From Lama glama (Eukaryota): DNA of 64,000 bases. The notes beneath the pieces were generated by a model, which was given only the letters and a program-made list of their open reading frames with translations, searched no databases and was not told where the DNA came from. Below are positions 39,162 to 51,520 of the stretch, piece by piece. Each line of letters starts with the position of its first letter. The first letter of the stretch is position 1. Location: the NCBI GenBank assembly GCA_028534125.1, contig JAPYYK010000119.1, forward strand, positions 310,001 through 374,000, written 5' to 3'. A program made the position numbers and the translations under genes.

Positions 39162-40844
39162 CCTCTGACTCTTTGCACAGTCTGTTTTTTCTGCCTAGAA
39201 CCACCTTCCCCAAGTTCCTCCACTCCCTGCCACAATTCCAGGCTAATTTCTATAGAGGTTCAACCTGTAGCCCGGCTGTAGCCACCTTGTCTGGGAGCAA
39301 TGCTCCTCCTACCTGCTTCCAAGTTCCCTGTGATTCCCACTAGTGCAGATGCTCATGAGCATCTCCATTAAACCACGTGACATCCACCAGACTTGCACGG
39401 CACCCAGCACACAGTGAGTACTCCAAAATGTTCATTGCATGCCTGAATGACTGTACCCTTGTGTCCCACAAAATCTCTGCACAGGGGCAGCTGTCAAGTT
39501 GACCTGGTACGAGGCCATGGAGAACTTACTTATTAAAGATCTAAACAATGCAGTTTGGAAATGACTTTCCAAGGCTGGTCGCTGGCTCATTCTCACTTCA
39601 TTAAGATGCTTATGCCCCAGAGATCAGTGATTGCACTTTTTGGTCCCTAGTCCTGTGTTTGCCTTCATTGTCCCTGAAGCCCCAAGGAGGCATTCATTAG
39701 TGAATGAGCACCTCTTGCAAGGATGGAAGATGTCTATTTGTGAGCTGAGTGTTTCGCTTGTTTTTATTTGTGAGAAATGCTCACCAGAGGGACAATAAAA
39801 CCATCAGGATTGGTGGGGGTTGGCACGGCAGAGGATGCTGAGACAATGGTGGGAGGGAGATGGGGACAAGGACCAGTCAGGAGGAAAATTTGAGGGTTAC
39901 AGATTCATTCTCAACATATTTTCTGAGCTGGGAGGGAGTGAACATTCTATAGTCAAAAGGCTTTGAAGGTTGGTTTAATGTTGCACCCTCTTTCTGGGAA
40001 ATTAGAGATAACAGATCATTCTGACCCTCAGCAATAAAATATATATCAGCACCTCAAAGAAGGGTCAGTGTCTACTTGTATAGGAGGTAGGAAATGAACA
40101 CTTTAAGCCCTCTGGGTACCCAGTGGAAGAGACCCGTGTGCCCGTGTCCCTGTCCTCCCCTGCGCCTCCACCCCAAGGGTTAGGGCTAGAGCGGTGCACA
40201 GGCACACGTTCACGGGCGCACCGGCTACAGTGCAGACAGGAAGTGGACGGCCGACAGCTACTGCCTCCTGAGTGTGCTTTTATAATTATGCGGACTCTGT
40301 TGAAAGGGAAGGGAACAATCATTTCTTGAGCCTTGTAATTTCCATAGCATCATTGTTATAGGAAGAGTTTTTCCTCTTTATTCTTTGCTTCACCGACTCC
40401 TTATATTTCCTCCAACAGTTTCTAAAACAGTTTCACATAAGAGCAAACATTTCCAGAGCTCTATTGCATACCAGCCCTGTAGTTAGATGGAGGTAGGAAA
40501 ACAGAGGCCTTGATCTCTGACAAAGAACTTTACAGACAAAAGAAGTGGTTCTTTATCTGGGACCATGATTGCCAAGGGAGTCCAGGGATGGCCTTCAGGG
40601 GTTTTGCACATGCCTTGACCTTGAATGCAAAATTTCAACTGTTTGGGGAAAGGGCCCATCACTTTCATTGGTCTGTCAAAAAGGTTCCTTCCTGAAGCCC
40701 ACAATGTTAAGAGTTGGGCGATGATGTAATAGAACAAGGCTGCACTCGAGGGATCAGGAAAGCACGTGGTTTCAAAACAACCCTATGTCGGGGTCAGAGC
40801 TCAGAGGTGATGCCCTGAAGGAGAAACAGGTGGGCTTGGGCCTT

Positions 40845-40990
40845 GGACAGGTGAGCTTTAAATCCTGGCTCTGCACTGAGCCACCAGGGGACTTTGGGCA
40901 AGTTGTATGACTTCCCTGAACCCTGGTCCTCACTTGCTGTGAGGTTTAAATGGGACAAGGTACACCGTGTTTGAAAAGCTGGGCGACACG
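40845..40990 (+). mobile_element. MIR SINE fragment
   Basis: aatcctggctctgcac...gactttgggcaagttgtatgacttccctgaacc...tgtgaggtttaaatg. Confidence 0.7.
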
Positions 40991-42527
40991 GCACAGATTA
41001 TTTTTAAACAGCGTGTCAGTTATATTTCCCAATGCTCTGCTCAATAGGTTCTTCTGTCTCCAGACCCTTTTCAGGTGAAGAACTTCTAACTTTAAAGCAA
41101 CGAGTCCAATTGTTCATCTGAAAAGGTACAAGAAGTACTTATTTTCTCTGTTTCTAGACTTTTGTGAATGTTCTATAGTGTACTGAAATTTAGAAGAATT
41201 TTACCTGGAAAGGTGTCTGGAGGTTAAAGAAAAATAATATAGAGCCTATTATTTGAAAATGCTGCAGCACGCTGTTTAAAAATAGGTTTGTCTATGTCCC
41301 CAGATTTTTCAGACACATCTATATACAGGTTGTTGAGACACCATTATACTTTGTTTTCTCCTGGAGAGGAAGCAGAGGGGTGTGAGTCCCAAGACAGCAG
41401 CCAGCAGCACAGCGAGAGGCCCCCTCGCTCCTGGTCTGCATGCCGCCAGCTGTCCGCCACCAGCGTCGCCACCACGTGCCCCCAGCCTCTGTCCCTCCCA
41501 ACTCTAGCGGCCTGGAGGCGTCTAGCTGTCCTCCTCCAAGCGCTCATCCCTGACCGATGACCACCCTGGGTCTGACCTCAGGGGAAAAGACCACTAGTCC
41601 GAGAAGAGTTCAGCCGCATCTATTCACATGAACACGGTTTTTAAAAAATGATGGTTAGAGAAGGAGAATCCTGGAGGAGTCTTTGTCCCCCCTCCTCAGG
41701 TGGGGTGCCCTGCTGGGTGCTCCCAGAGGGCCCTGCACTTCGCCCTCTCAGCTCTTTGCACCCAAATTGCAACTGCTTGCTTGCCGCTCTGTCTTTCTCC
41801 CCGGCTCATATCCAGTGCTCACTGGTCCTCCCTGGCTCACAACCAGTGCACACCAATACTCACCAGCGCATCATGGGGCCTGCATGTGCTCACAAGTATC
41901 TTTCAAAGAACTACTTCTTGAAGAAACTGTCTTCCTGAAAACGTTGCTACTGAGATTATAAAGTTACACTTGGAGATAAAAGTTACTCAACCAAGAAATG
42001 TCTTGTTAGTAAAACCAAACATCTGAGCTACAACTTCCCAACTGCTTTTCACCTATGAATCTGTGACGCCAACATAAGAAGATACATAGCGTGCAAATCA
42101 GCAAAATCACTTAAATCAGCGAATTTTACTGATGAAGCAGGGAGCACTAAGGTGCTATCTAAGAGTCCTGGATCCACTTCCCAGGCAGTTTCTCTGGGTG
42201 AGCAGCACACCAAAGACAACTTTGGGTTGGGAAATTGAGGGAAGTGGTTCCCAATCCCAGCAAGGCAAAGGTTCACCTAGAAGGTTTTTGCAAAATACAG
42301 TTTTCCAAATTACAGTCCTGGAGATGCTGATTCAAGAGGCCTGATGTGGAGCCCGGAATCTGTTTTTAAGTGCTCCCCATGATTTAGTTAACCATTTAGG
42401 TTTGGGGACTGACTTCTGAGGGACCTGTAACTGAGCAGCCTTGGACTGGTTCTCTAGGACTCACATCTCTAAAGCAGTGGTTGAGTATGTGTAAGAATCA
42501 CCCACAGATCTCATTAAAAATGCAGAT

Positions 42528-43666
42528 TTCACATCCAGTAGAAAGTGGCTACAACGATGAAGACAGTCAACAGCAAATATAGGTAAAAAGTGGGAGCAGC
42601 TGAAACTCTCATGACATTACTGATGGGAGCATAGAACTGTGCAGTATTTTTGAAAAACTGTTTGGCATTTTCTTATAAGGCTGAACATACGTCTACTCTG
42701 TGATCAAGCAATTTCACTCTTAAGAATTTACCCAAGAGAAGTGAAAGCATATGTTCACATAAAGACTTGTGTACTAATTTTCAGAATAGCTAAAAACTAG
42801 AAACAGTTTCTGGTGGGCACACTCTAAGGTGGCTCCTGATAATCCACAGCTTTGTATAATTCCCTTTCCTCCAGTCTGGGTGAAGTTTGTGACTTGTTCT
42901 ATCCAATATAGCAAAGGTGATGGAATGCCACCTCATAATTATGTTATATAAGATTCTATTTTACAAGACTGAAGAGGGAGCCTCTCCTGCTGGCCTTGAA
43001 GGAGCAGATAGCCATGCTGTGAACTGCCTAAGGAGAGGGCCACATGGCAGCTGGTGGCCAGTAAGAAGCCAAGATCCTCAGTCCCACAATTGCAAGGATC
43101 TGAATTCTGAGCTTGAATGAAGTCCTGAGCTCCAGACAGTAATGCAGCCTGGCTGACACCATGATTGCAGTTTTGTGAAATTCTGAGCACAGGGCCCAGC
43201 TAAGCCATGTCTAGAGTCTTGACCCATGGAAATTGTGAGATAATAAATTTGTGTCATTTTAAATCGCTGCATTTGTGGTAATTTGTTATACTGCATAGAA
43301 AAGGAAAACACAACTCAAATGTCCATCAACAGATGAGTGTATAAACACAATGTAGCACATTCCTGCAATGGAATACTACTTAACAGCAAAAAGGAACTAA
43401 CTATTGATTCATGTAATGACATGGATGAGTATCAAAAACATGTTGAGTTAAAGAAGCCTGACTCAAAAGAGTATATGCGTGTGACAGAAATGAGAACAGC
43501 GGTTGTTTCTGGAGGTGGGGTGGGGTGATTGGCTGAAAGGAAACTTTCTGGAATGGCAGAAGTCTTGGTTGGGGTGGTGGTTAATGAGGTACGTATATTT
43601 GTCAAATCCCATTAAATGGTATACTTAAAATATCTGCATTTAATTGTATGTAAATTATACTTCAAT
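42528..43666 (+). mobile_element. Old L1M 3' fragment interrupted by an MLT1 LTR
   Basis: gcaatttcactcttaagaatttacccaagagaagtgaaagcatatg...aactagaaac resumes after the LTR as aactcaaatgtccatcaacag and ends aattgtatgtaaattatacttcaat. Confidence 0.85.
42809..43310 (+). mobile_element. MaLR solo LTR (MLT1E-like)
   Basis: ctctaaggtggctcc 5' region and gaaattgtgagataataaatttgtgtcattttaa...tggtaatttgttatactgcatagaaaaggaaaaca 3' end. Confidence 0.85.
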
Positions 43667-45734
43667 TTTAGTGCCTCTGCCTTCCAGATTCCGATTCAGT
43701 GGGTCTGACCCAGGCAGCAGGATAGATTCTTCATTATTAACAAGCATCCCCAGACAATTCTAATGCAGAAGTCCTTAGACCACATATTTAAAAACACTAC
43801 CAAGCAGTGGGTTATTTAAGGAAGAAGGATGGAGGAATCAGAAACATATGGTTTCTTCTGACTCAATCTAGCTTTCTCCCAAGAGACCTGTATTCTAATT
43901 AGAACAACAATGTCTTCATTTGTTTTTCAGCCAGTCAGCAAGCAACTTCATTCAGTTCAATTATTTGAGAATTTTCCAACTACTTGCTATTTATCTTATT
44001 CAAAGAAATCGTAACACATAGCCATTCTTCCCAAAGACCTAAAAATTTAATCGAGGGAAAACGCCTGTGTATGCATGAAACTGGAAACTTCAACTGCAAT
44101 GCAAAGCAAACAAAATCATCACCCTCTCTACTCGGATCTAGTTTTTCTTGGTCACTTTCCCGATAGCCCTGCTTTTGTCATTTTATCTTTAAAGTCACCT
44201 TTTTATGGGATAGTTAATCACTTTAATGATCATGCAGACGTTGTTCCCCTTCCTAGATTTCCTCCATTTTTCCAATCTCAAAGGTTTTTCTCTCAGTTTA
44301 TCCGTTTTTGTTCTGATTGGCCACAGATCACATTGCTGAGAGGTTGCAGGAGCTCTCGGCTAAGGATCACGACAGAAGTCAGCCCCACCTGCCTTTCCCG
44401 ATGTCTTGGCGAAGCTCTTGGTACTGCCCCGTATTTCAAGAACCAAGAAAGGAAACTTACTCCAATCAGACGCCCAGCTGGACAGATGAAATACAACATC
44501 TTAATTCCCAGACGCTGCTGCTCTTCACTGAGCTTACTTCACTTGGGGAAATTTCTGTTAGCTATCTTAGCATCGAAATTTAATCCTAATTAAGTCTCAC
44601 AATCTATAATGTTCATGCAGATTCATACTTTTGAAAGCTTCCTGACAATTTTCTACTTCATTTTCCTCCATTCCAGGTCATTCTAAATGATATTTTTCTA
44701 TTATGGACAATAAAATGGTCAATGGTCCAGAAAATAATGTTTATCTTTGGTAATACAGATGGATATTTTCTCCTTTATAATGGAAGAGTAAGATACACCA
44801 AATTGGAAAAGGCTTTTCGAACGTATTGTTGTTACAGTTAATTCCTATTCATCTAGGATGTAAATCCAAGGACCTAAACAAAACAGCACATTTAAAGAAA
44901 AGTAACCAGGGTGGAAAATGCACAGGGAATCTTTGGTCCAAAGCAGGGAAGGCTCAAATGGGCCTTCTAAGATAGGACGCACTGACTACATGACTCCAAG
45001 AAGTAAAATCATGTCTAGGCTTGGAAGGAATGGAGTGACAGGTTTTAGTGCAATAAATAAGGAGCCATTTCCTTATGACGGCTATTGAAAGCTATATTAA
45101 GCTTCTAGGGATTGTTTACTCATTTTCCATGTCTGCCATAAGAAATCACAAATTTAGCAGCTTAAAACAACACCCAGTTATTACCTCACAGTTCTGTAAG
45201 TTTTAGGGTAATTTGTTACGGAGCAACAGAGAACTAACACATGTGGCTTTATCCATAATGCATCTTTTTTCTTGCATTCCATGTCTAATCCATCAGAAAA
45301 TCTTATTGACTCTATTCATAATAATCTGACCATCTCTCACTATCTCCACTGTTACCACCATGGCCCATCATCCCTCTGCTTCCACGCCTGCACTGCCTCA
45401 GTCTGTTCTTAAAGGAGAACCCGTGATCCTTGTAAGACCTCAGTTAGATCACGTCACTCCCCTGCTCAAAACCCTGCAATTTTTTCCTCATTTCACATAT
45501 AAAAGCCAAATTATTAGTGATTCTGCATGTGGTTCCCTCCCCTACCCCATCCTCTCAGATCTCACCAACTGCTAAACTACATCCACCCCCCTCCCTATCT
45601 TCCCATCTCCCCCAACACTCCACATTCACCACACTCACCACACTCACCTCTTTGCCTCTATTTAAATTTGCAAGCCCCTCCACCCTCTGCACCCCTTCCT
45701 ATATCCTTAGCACTTATCACTGCCTGACAAATGT

Positions 45735-45966
45735 TCAGGGCCAGGCCATTTCTGTCTAGCCCAGGACTCCTCTAATAGGCAGTCTCACCCCAGAGTTCCC
45801 CTCTGGGTTGGCAGAGACACTGTCAGATTTGCATGATAGTCTCAAGGCTTTCTTTGCCCGATTTTGCCTCCTTTTCCTTTTATCTTTTATAGGCATTACC
45901 CCCACTCATTTGTTGCACTCCTAATTCCATCTTAGTGTCTGCTCCCCAGAGACCAGAACCAACACA
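45735..45966 (+). mobile_element. ERVL LTR16-like 3' fragment
   Basis: ttgcactcctaattccatcttagtgtctgctccccagaga...aaca resembles the LTR16 3' terminus. Confidence 0.6.
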
Positions 45967-46974
45967 CGTACTGGTAGAAGCACTTTACCTATTATTAATT
46001 CATTTAAATGCTTGCCTTTTCCCCCTTTTAGCTTCTACTCGTAGAGCTTTCAAATTTTCTTAGGATCTAAAATCCTAGCAGCATGGGAATTAACTAAGCT
46101 TCCTAAATCCTTATTTTTATCAGCAAAACTCTTCCTGGTTCTTAACCTTAAATCATGACAAAATCCCCCCATTTTTCCTTTTTGGAAAGAAAGTAAACCT
46201 TTGCTAGACCTTTTGGCCCCCTTTAATTACCTCTGTCTTTTCACTGCCACACTTTCTAAACGAGCTGTCTCCTTTTTCTCTCTGTACACCTGTTCACGGA
46301 CTTGGACATCTGACCTCCCCCTGCTCTCCTGGGACCCTGCTGTGGCTGGCACTCTCAAGAACTCCCTGCTTGGAACTCTTGCCTCTGCTGGTTAGTGGCC
46401 CATATCATCTCCTTTCCCCTCCTCCTCACTCATCTATTTCTTCTGGATTTTCTTTGCTTTCTCATCTTCTTCTCCACCTGTGGTCTGGATATTCCCAAAG
46501 GCACAGGACTCGGCCCTCTCCCCTTCTGTCTCTGCACACTTTCTTCCAGAGAACTCACTTATCCTCATGGCTTTGGCTGTCACTTGCAGATTTCTCATGA
46601 TGTTGACCTCTATCACTTCAGTGCTTTCTTACCACTTCAGAAATCCCATAGAGGAAAGCTGGACATGGAAACCAGAAACCATAAGTCTAGACACTAGTAA
46701 ATTTGATGACCAAAAACTTAAAACACTTTCATGGTTAAAAATCCAACAAAGGAATATGAAAACAACCACTGAGCTAACCTATCATAACCAAAGTTAATAG
46801 ATTAATCATACATTGAGAAAAAATATTTATAATTTATATGGCAAATGACTAATTTTCTTACTATACAGACAACTCTTACAAATCCATTAAAATACCCAAA
46901 AATAACCCAGTAAGGAAAAAATGGGGAAAAAGTATGAATAGAAAATTTATAGGGTTAAAGAAAGGCAAGTGGCT

Positions 46975-48127
46975 GCTGGGACAACTGGATGTTGACATAT
47001 GAAAGAATGAATTTGGAACCCTACTTCACAACATATACAAATGTTAACTCAAAATAGATCAAAGTTCTCAGTGTAAGAGCTAAAACTATAAAACCCTTAC
47101 AAGAAAACATACATGTAAAATCTGTGATCTTGGATTAGGCAAAGGTATCTTAGATATGATGCCAAAAGCACAGCAACCAAAGAAAAAATAAATAGGCCTT
47201 TTTCAAAATTAAAAATTTCTATGCATTAAAGGACACTATCAAGAAAGTGAAGAGACAAGTCACAGAATGTGAGAAAATATTTGCAAATCATATACTAACG
47301 GATTGGTGTACCTAGAATATGTAAAGAACACTTACAAGTCAACAATTAAAAGTTAAACAAGTTAAAAATGAGCAAATAAACAAATTTTCAAATAGGCAAA
47401 GCATCTGAATGGATATTTTTTCCAAGAAGATACACAAATGGTCAATAAGCACATGAAAAGCTGCTCATCCTCAATAGTCACTAAGAAAATGCAAATCAAA
47501 ACCATAAGGAGATGCTACTTCACACGTACTAGGGTGATTATAATTTGAAAAAAAAAAGGGCAACAACAAATATTGNNNNNNNNNNNNNNNNNNNNNNNNN
47601 NNNNNNNNNNNNNNNNNNNNNNNNNNNNNNNNNNNNNNNNNNNNNNNNNNNNNNNNNNNNNNNNNNNNNNNNNNNNNNNNNNNNNNNNNNNNNNNNNNNN
47701 NNNNNNNNNNNNNNTGCTCAAGAGCACTGAAAATATATATTCATACAGAAACTTGTATGCAAATGTATATAGCAACATTATTCATAATAGGCAAAACGTG
47801 GTAACNNNNNNNNNNNNNNNNNNNNNNNNNNNNNNNNNNNNNNNNNNNNNNNNNNNNNNNNNNNNNNNNNNNNNNNNNNNNNNNNNNNNNNNNNNNNNNN
47901 NNNNNNNNNNNNNNNNNNNNNNNNNNNNNNNNNNNNNNNNNNNNNNNNNNNNNNNNNNNNNNNNNNNNNNNNNNNNNNNNNNNNNNNNNAGGAGATATCC
48001 AGAATGTCTTGGAACTAGACAGAGGTGGTGCTCATACAATCTTGTAAATACACAAAAACCACTAAAATTTATACTTTAAAATGGTGAGTTTTATGGTAGG
48101 TAAACTCAAAAAACTCAATAAAAAAAG
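46975..48127 (+). mobile_element. L1M (L1MA/MB-type) 5'-truncated insertion nested in an older L1ME-type fragment (~46660-48850)
   Basis: ORF2-derived tgctgggacaactggat...gaaaatgcaaatcaaaacca plus a 3' end ctcaataaaaaaa. AGTGGCT is duplicated at 46968-46974 and 48128-48134. Confidence 0.85.
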
Positions 48128-50309
48128 AGTGGCTAATAAACATGGGAATACATGATCAAACTCACTAGCAATCTTGAGTTTTCAGACTAAAACAACAATG
48201 AGGATTCATTTTCCCTATTAGATTAGCAAAGATTTAAGATCTATAACACATACAGCATTTCATGGTTGGAGAGAAACACTTATATTCTGCTGGGGGAAGA
48301 GTAATCTGGCATATTGTGTTCATACTCTTTGAATAAATAACCTCACTTCGAAGAATTTATTCTATACTTATATTTGCACATATAAGTAATGTTTAAAGCT
48401 GTTAGCTGTAGTCTTGTTATTAAGAGTTAAAAACTGAAAACCATTTAAATGTACAGCCATATAATGAATGGAATGTTAAGCTACTGAAAAAACAATAAGG
48501 TAGCTTTATATGGAAAGATGCTCCCAAAATATTGTAATGTTAAAAAAAGTTATCACATATAGTTATGATATACATATCTATATATAGGTATATGTATATC
48601 AGCTGTAAACTTCTAAAAATGTTATATTATATATATACCATATACCTTATATACAAATATATGTACATTATATATAAAATACATCCCATTTTTACCCAAA
48701 ATGTATGTTTGCATCCATATTAATTTGTAACATACAGATTAAAGAAACATACATTAAAATGTTAATAATGGTCTTTGGGGATGAAAGAAGATGAAATTTG
48801 GAGGAAATTTTACTTCTTATCTATGATTATTATTTGTTTTAAAAATAAGCATATTTAAATCTTCTGTAATCAGAAAAACTGAACACTATTTATACAAATT
48901 AATGAATATCTTGGAAGCTCAAAACAGAATATGTGTACCTTATGGCACATTTTAAGGTGATTTGAAGAGACTATTTTAGAGAAGTAAATAAAAGTTCTTA
49001 GAATCTGCCATCTAAGATATCCTGGAATCCTATTTTTCTTGAAGTATTTCTTTATATGTGTTTATCATCAGTTAATTTTCCCCCCTCTCTCACACAGTTA
49101 CTAAGAGTTTTTATCTTTTTCTACCTAAAACATAAAAGAGCTGGGACTTTGGAAGTAAGAGGCTTCTGCTAGTGGACTGTAATCCTGCTACATAGAGTGT
49201 GGCTATGCCTGTGAGGAATGATTAATGGCTAACATTACTCTGATTATCAATAACTTCACAGCTAACAAAGAACTCTGTGCTTCTCACCTCATGGAACTGA
49301 GGGACCTAATGCTATTGCAGTTTCCTGTCTCCTTAATCACTGTGTCCCTGGGATCTGGCTCAGGCAATGTGCACCATAGTTGTTTTTTCTAAACTAAACT
49401 GAACTTGAGGAGAGAAACAGGCAGAAGGATCCCAATTAATCACATGCACTGAAGGTTGGGGGTGGAAATAGGGCATGAAGAGGAGAATGGTGAAAATAGG
49501 AATCACCCTGAAGCCATTTAATAGGATTTCACATTTCCTCCCCCTTCCCATCCTACCTTTATGATCTAGACAGGAAGGCAAGACGGGAAGTCAAGAGGAA
49601 AGTGACAAGGGGGAAATCGACAAAGGGGTAGGACAAAGATAGGTTTCTCCAAGGCCCCGTTTTCCAGAAGCCAGTCATAAGCCCTGAACTGCAGGGTAAG
49701 TGAAGAGTATGAAGTTGGCCGCGATCAGATAACCGTACCAAGCACTTCACTGTTTGTCCTCTAATCACGGTGAATTGGTTTGGGGGCAGAGGGGGAGGTT
49801 GCTGTTATTATTGCTTTGTTTTGTTTTTTTGTTTTTTAAAGCCAGCCATGGTCTGGTCTCTCTTCAATATTTAGCTGAATTATGTCAGGAGGTTGCTATT
49901 TGAAATTGTCACACTTTTCAAAATCCTCAACCAGTGGGGAGCATGGTTATAATGCAAATGGTCCAAAGTCTCCTTCAAAACTGCCAAACTTGAGGTTTCA
50001 GGTTGTGGCTTGCAGTTGCTTTAAATTCTCTCTTTGCTCTGAATTCTGCTCAGTTCAAATGAAATTCATGCTTCCCACATCAAGACAGACAGGGAGCCAT
50101 CTGAAATTTCCTGAAACACCTGGTACCAGGCAGGTTGAGGCAGGCAAACCTGTCATGCTGCCCTTGACAGGTTTGTGATACCATCTTTTTTTGGTCTTTA
50201 TGTTATTTACTGGCAAATTCCAAGTAATCTCAGTACTGATGAATGCAAAACAGCTACTGTGACTGCGCTATCACCACCCCCCAGAGTACAGACTTCCATT
50301 GATCCAAAG

Positions 50310-50571
50310 CAGAGATTTTGCAAACTGGAGGCGATGTGACCCATTGGTGGGTGGCACAAACAATTCAATGGATCATGACAGAATTTAAAAATAAAATCAA
50401 GTAGAATAAAATGGGGGGGGGGGAAGGTCAGAATTTATAGTTCATAGGAAAGTAAGAACTGTTCTATGATACAAGTTTTAATTATATACATGTGTATGTT
50501 TATTTATGTTGTAGGTTACAATATTAAGTGCTTTTCTTACAGTCATTGTCAAAAGAGGTTGATGGCCACTG
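50310..50571 (+). mobile_element. hAT-Charlie MITE (Charlie7a-like)
   Basis: CAGAGATTTTGCAAACTG...gtgacccattggtggg...GGCCACTG with 8-bp flanks ATCCAAAG and ATCTAGAG. Confidence 0.65.
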
Positions 50572-50579
50572 ATCTAGAG

Positions 50580-50911
50580 TGGAAGTTGGCAAACTACAGT
50601 TTGAAGGCCAAATCCAACTAGTTGCCTGTTGTCTACATGGACCGCAAGCTAAGAATGGCTTTCACATTTTTTAATGTTTGGAAAACAATCAACAGAAGAA
50701 TATTTCCTGACTTGTGAAAATCATGTGAAATTCAAATTTCCATATTTCCATATTGTCCATGAAGGATTATTGTAACAAAGCCATGCCCATTTGTTTACGT
50801 ACTGTCTGTGGTTGCTTTTCCAAGAGTTGGGTAGCAGTTGCAACAGACACTTTATGGTCCATAAAGCCTAAAATATTTACTATCATTACAGAAATAGTTC
50901 ACTCACCCATG
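50580..50911 (+). mobile_element. MER58B-like hAT-Charlie MITE
   Basis: gttggcaaactacag...gctaagaatggctttcacatttttt...aagcctaaaatatttactat with TSD ATCTAGAG / ATCTAGAA. Confidence 0.85.
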
Positions 50912-51019
50912 ATCTAGAAGCCTCATTTTTATGATGCATGTTTTTCAAGTCTGTATAGCTGTTCAGCTTGGTTTGCAGAAGAACTGGGGCTAAGATCCGA
51001 GAGGCTTAGAGTATAAGAT

Positions 51020-51520
51020 TTGGGGAGAGTGGTGGACACTGCCACTTCTCCCCACATCCCCTGGGATCGCCTGTCTTGTTTTGTGTCACCCTCCTCTGGC
51101 ATCCTAGCCTTCCAACAGCCTGCATCTGCAGCTTTTTCTGCGGAGGCTGCCTTTGGGTTTCTGGACCTACAAGAGCCCAGGAGTTTCAGCTACTGCAGGC
51201 AGGCCCTTGGCCAGGATGCAGGGGGTATGCAATGCTAATTCTCTTGCCTCAGGTCATGAGGACAAAACTCTGCAGGCTAACCTCCACTCCAACGGGTACC
51301 CTGTGGATCAGGCCATGTTCTCCTCCAGACTTGCTGGAATCACAGTCTTTTTTGTTTTGTTTTGTTCTGTTTTGTTTTGTTTTGTTTTGATTGTGGAATC
51401 ACAGTCTTGTTTGACCTCTTTCCCTTCTCCATCCTGCCTGCCCCATTCCCTCTCAGAGCTCTTTCTTAACACTTGGGGACACATGGATCTCAGAGTCATC
51501 TTCTGGGGAAAGAAGATGTC
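51020..51520 (+). mobile_element. ERVL LTR16-like solo LTR remnant
   Basis: 3' part cttaacacttggggacacatggatctcagagtcatcttctggggaa resembles the LTR16C end. Confidence 0.5.

Larger units (their letters stand above)
42475..43800 (+). mobile_element. MER5-type hAT MITE split by nested insertions (5' part ~42475-42527, 3' part ~43667-43800)
   Basis: cagtggtt...agaatcacc...aaaaatgcagatt on the left and gattcagtgggtctg...taacaagc...gaccacatatttaaaaacact on the right. Confidence 0.7.

Noticed and set aside
33623-40304. Near-identical 17-mer ATGCGGACTCTG(C/T)TGAA at 33623-33639 and 40288-40304
   Set aside because: A rough uniform-base estimate gives on the order of ten 16/17 matches by chance in a 64-kb self-comparison, and the similarity does not extend.
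44075-44593. 172-aa plus-strand ORF
   Set aside because: No recognisable motif or promoter context. An ORF of this length is plausible by chance in 64 kb.
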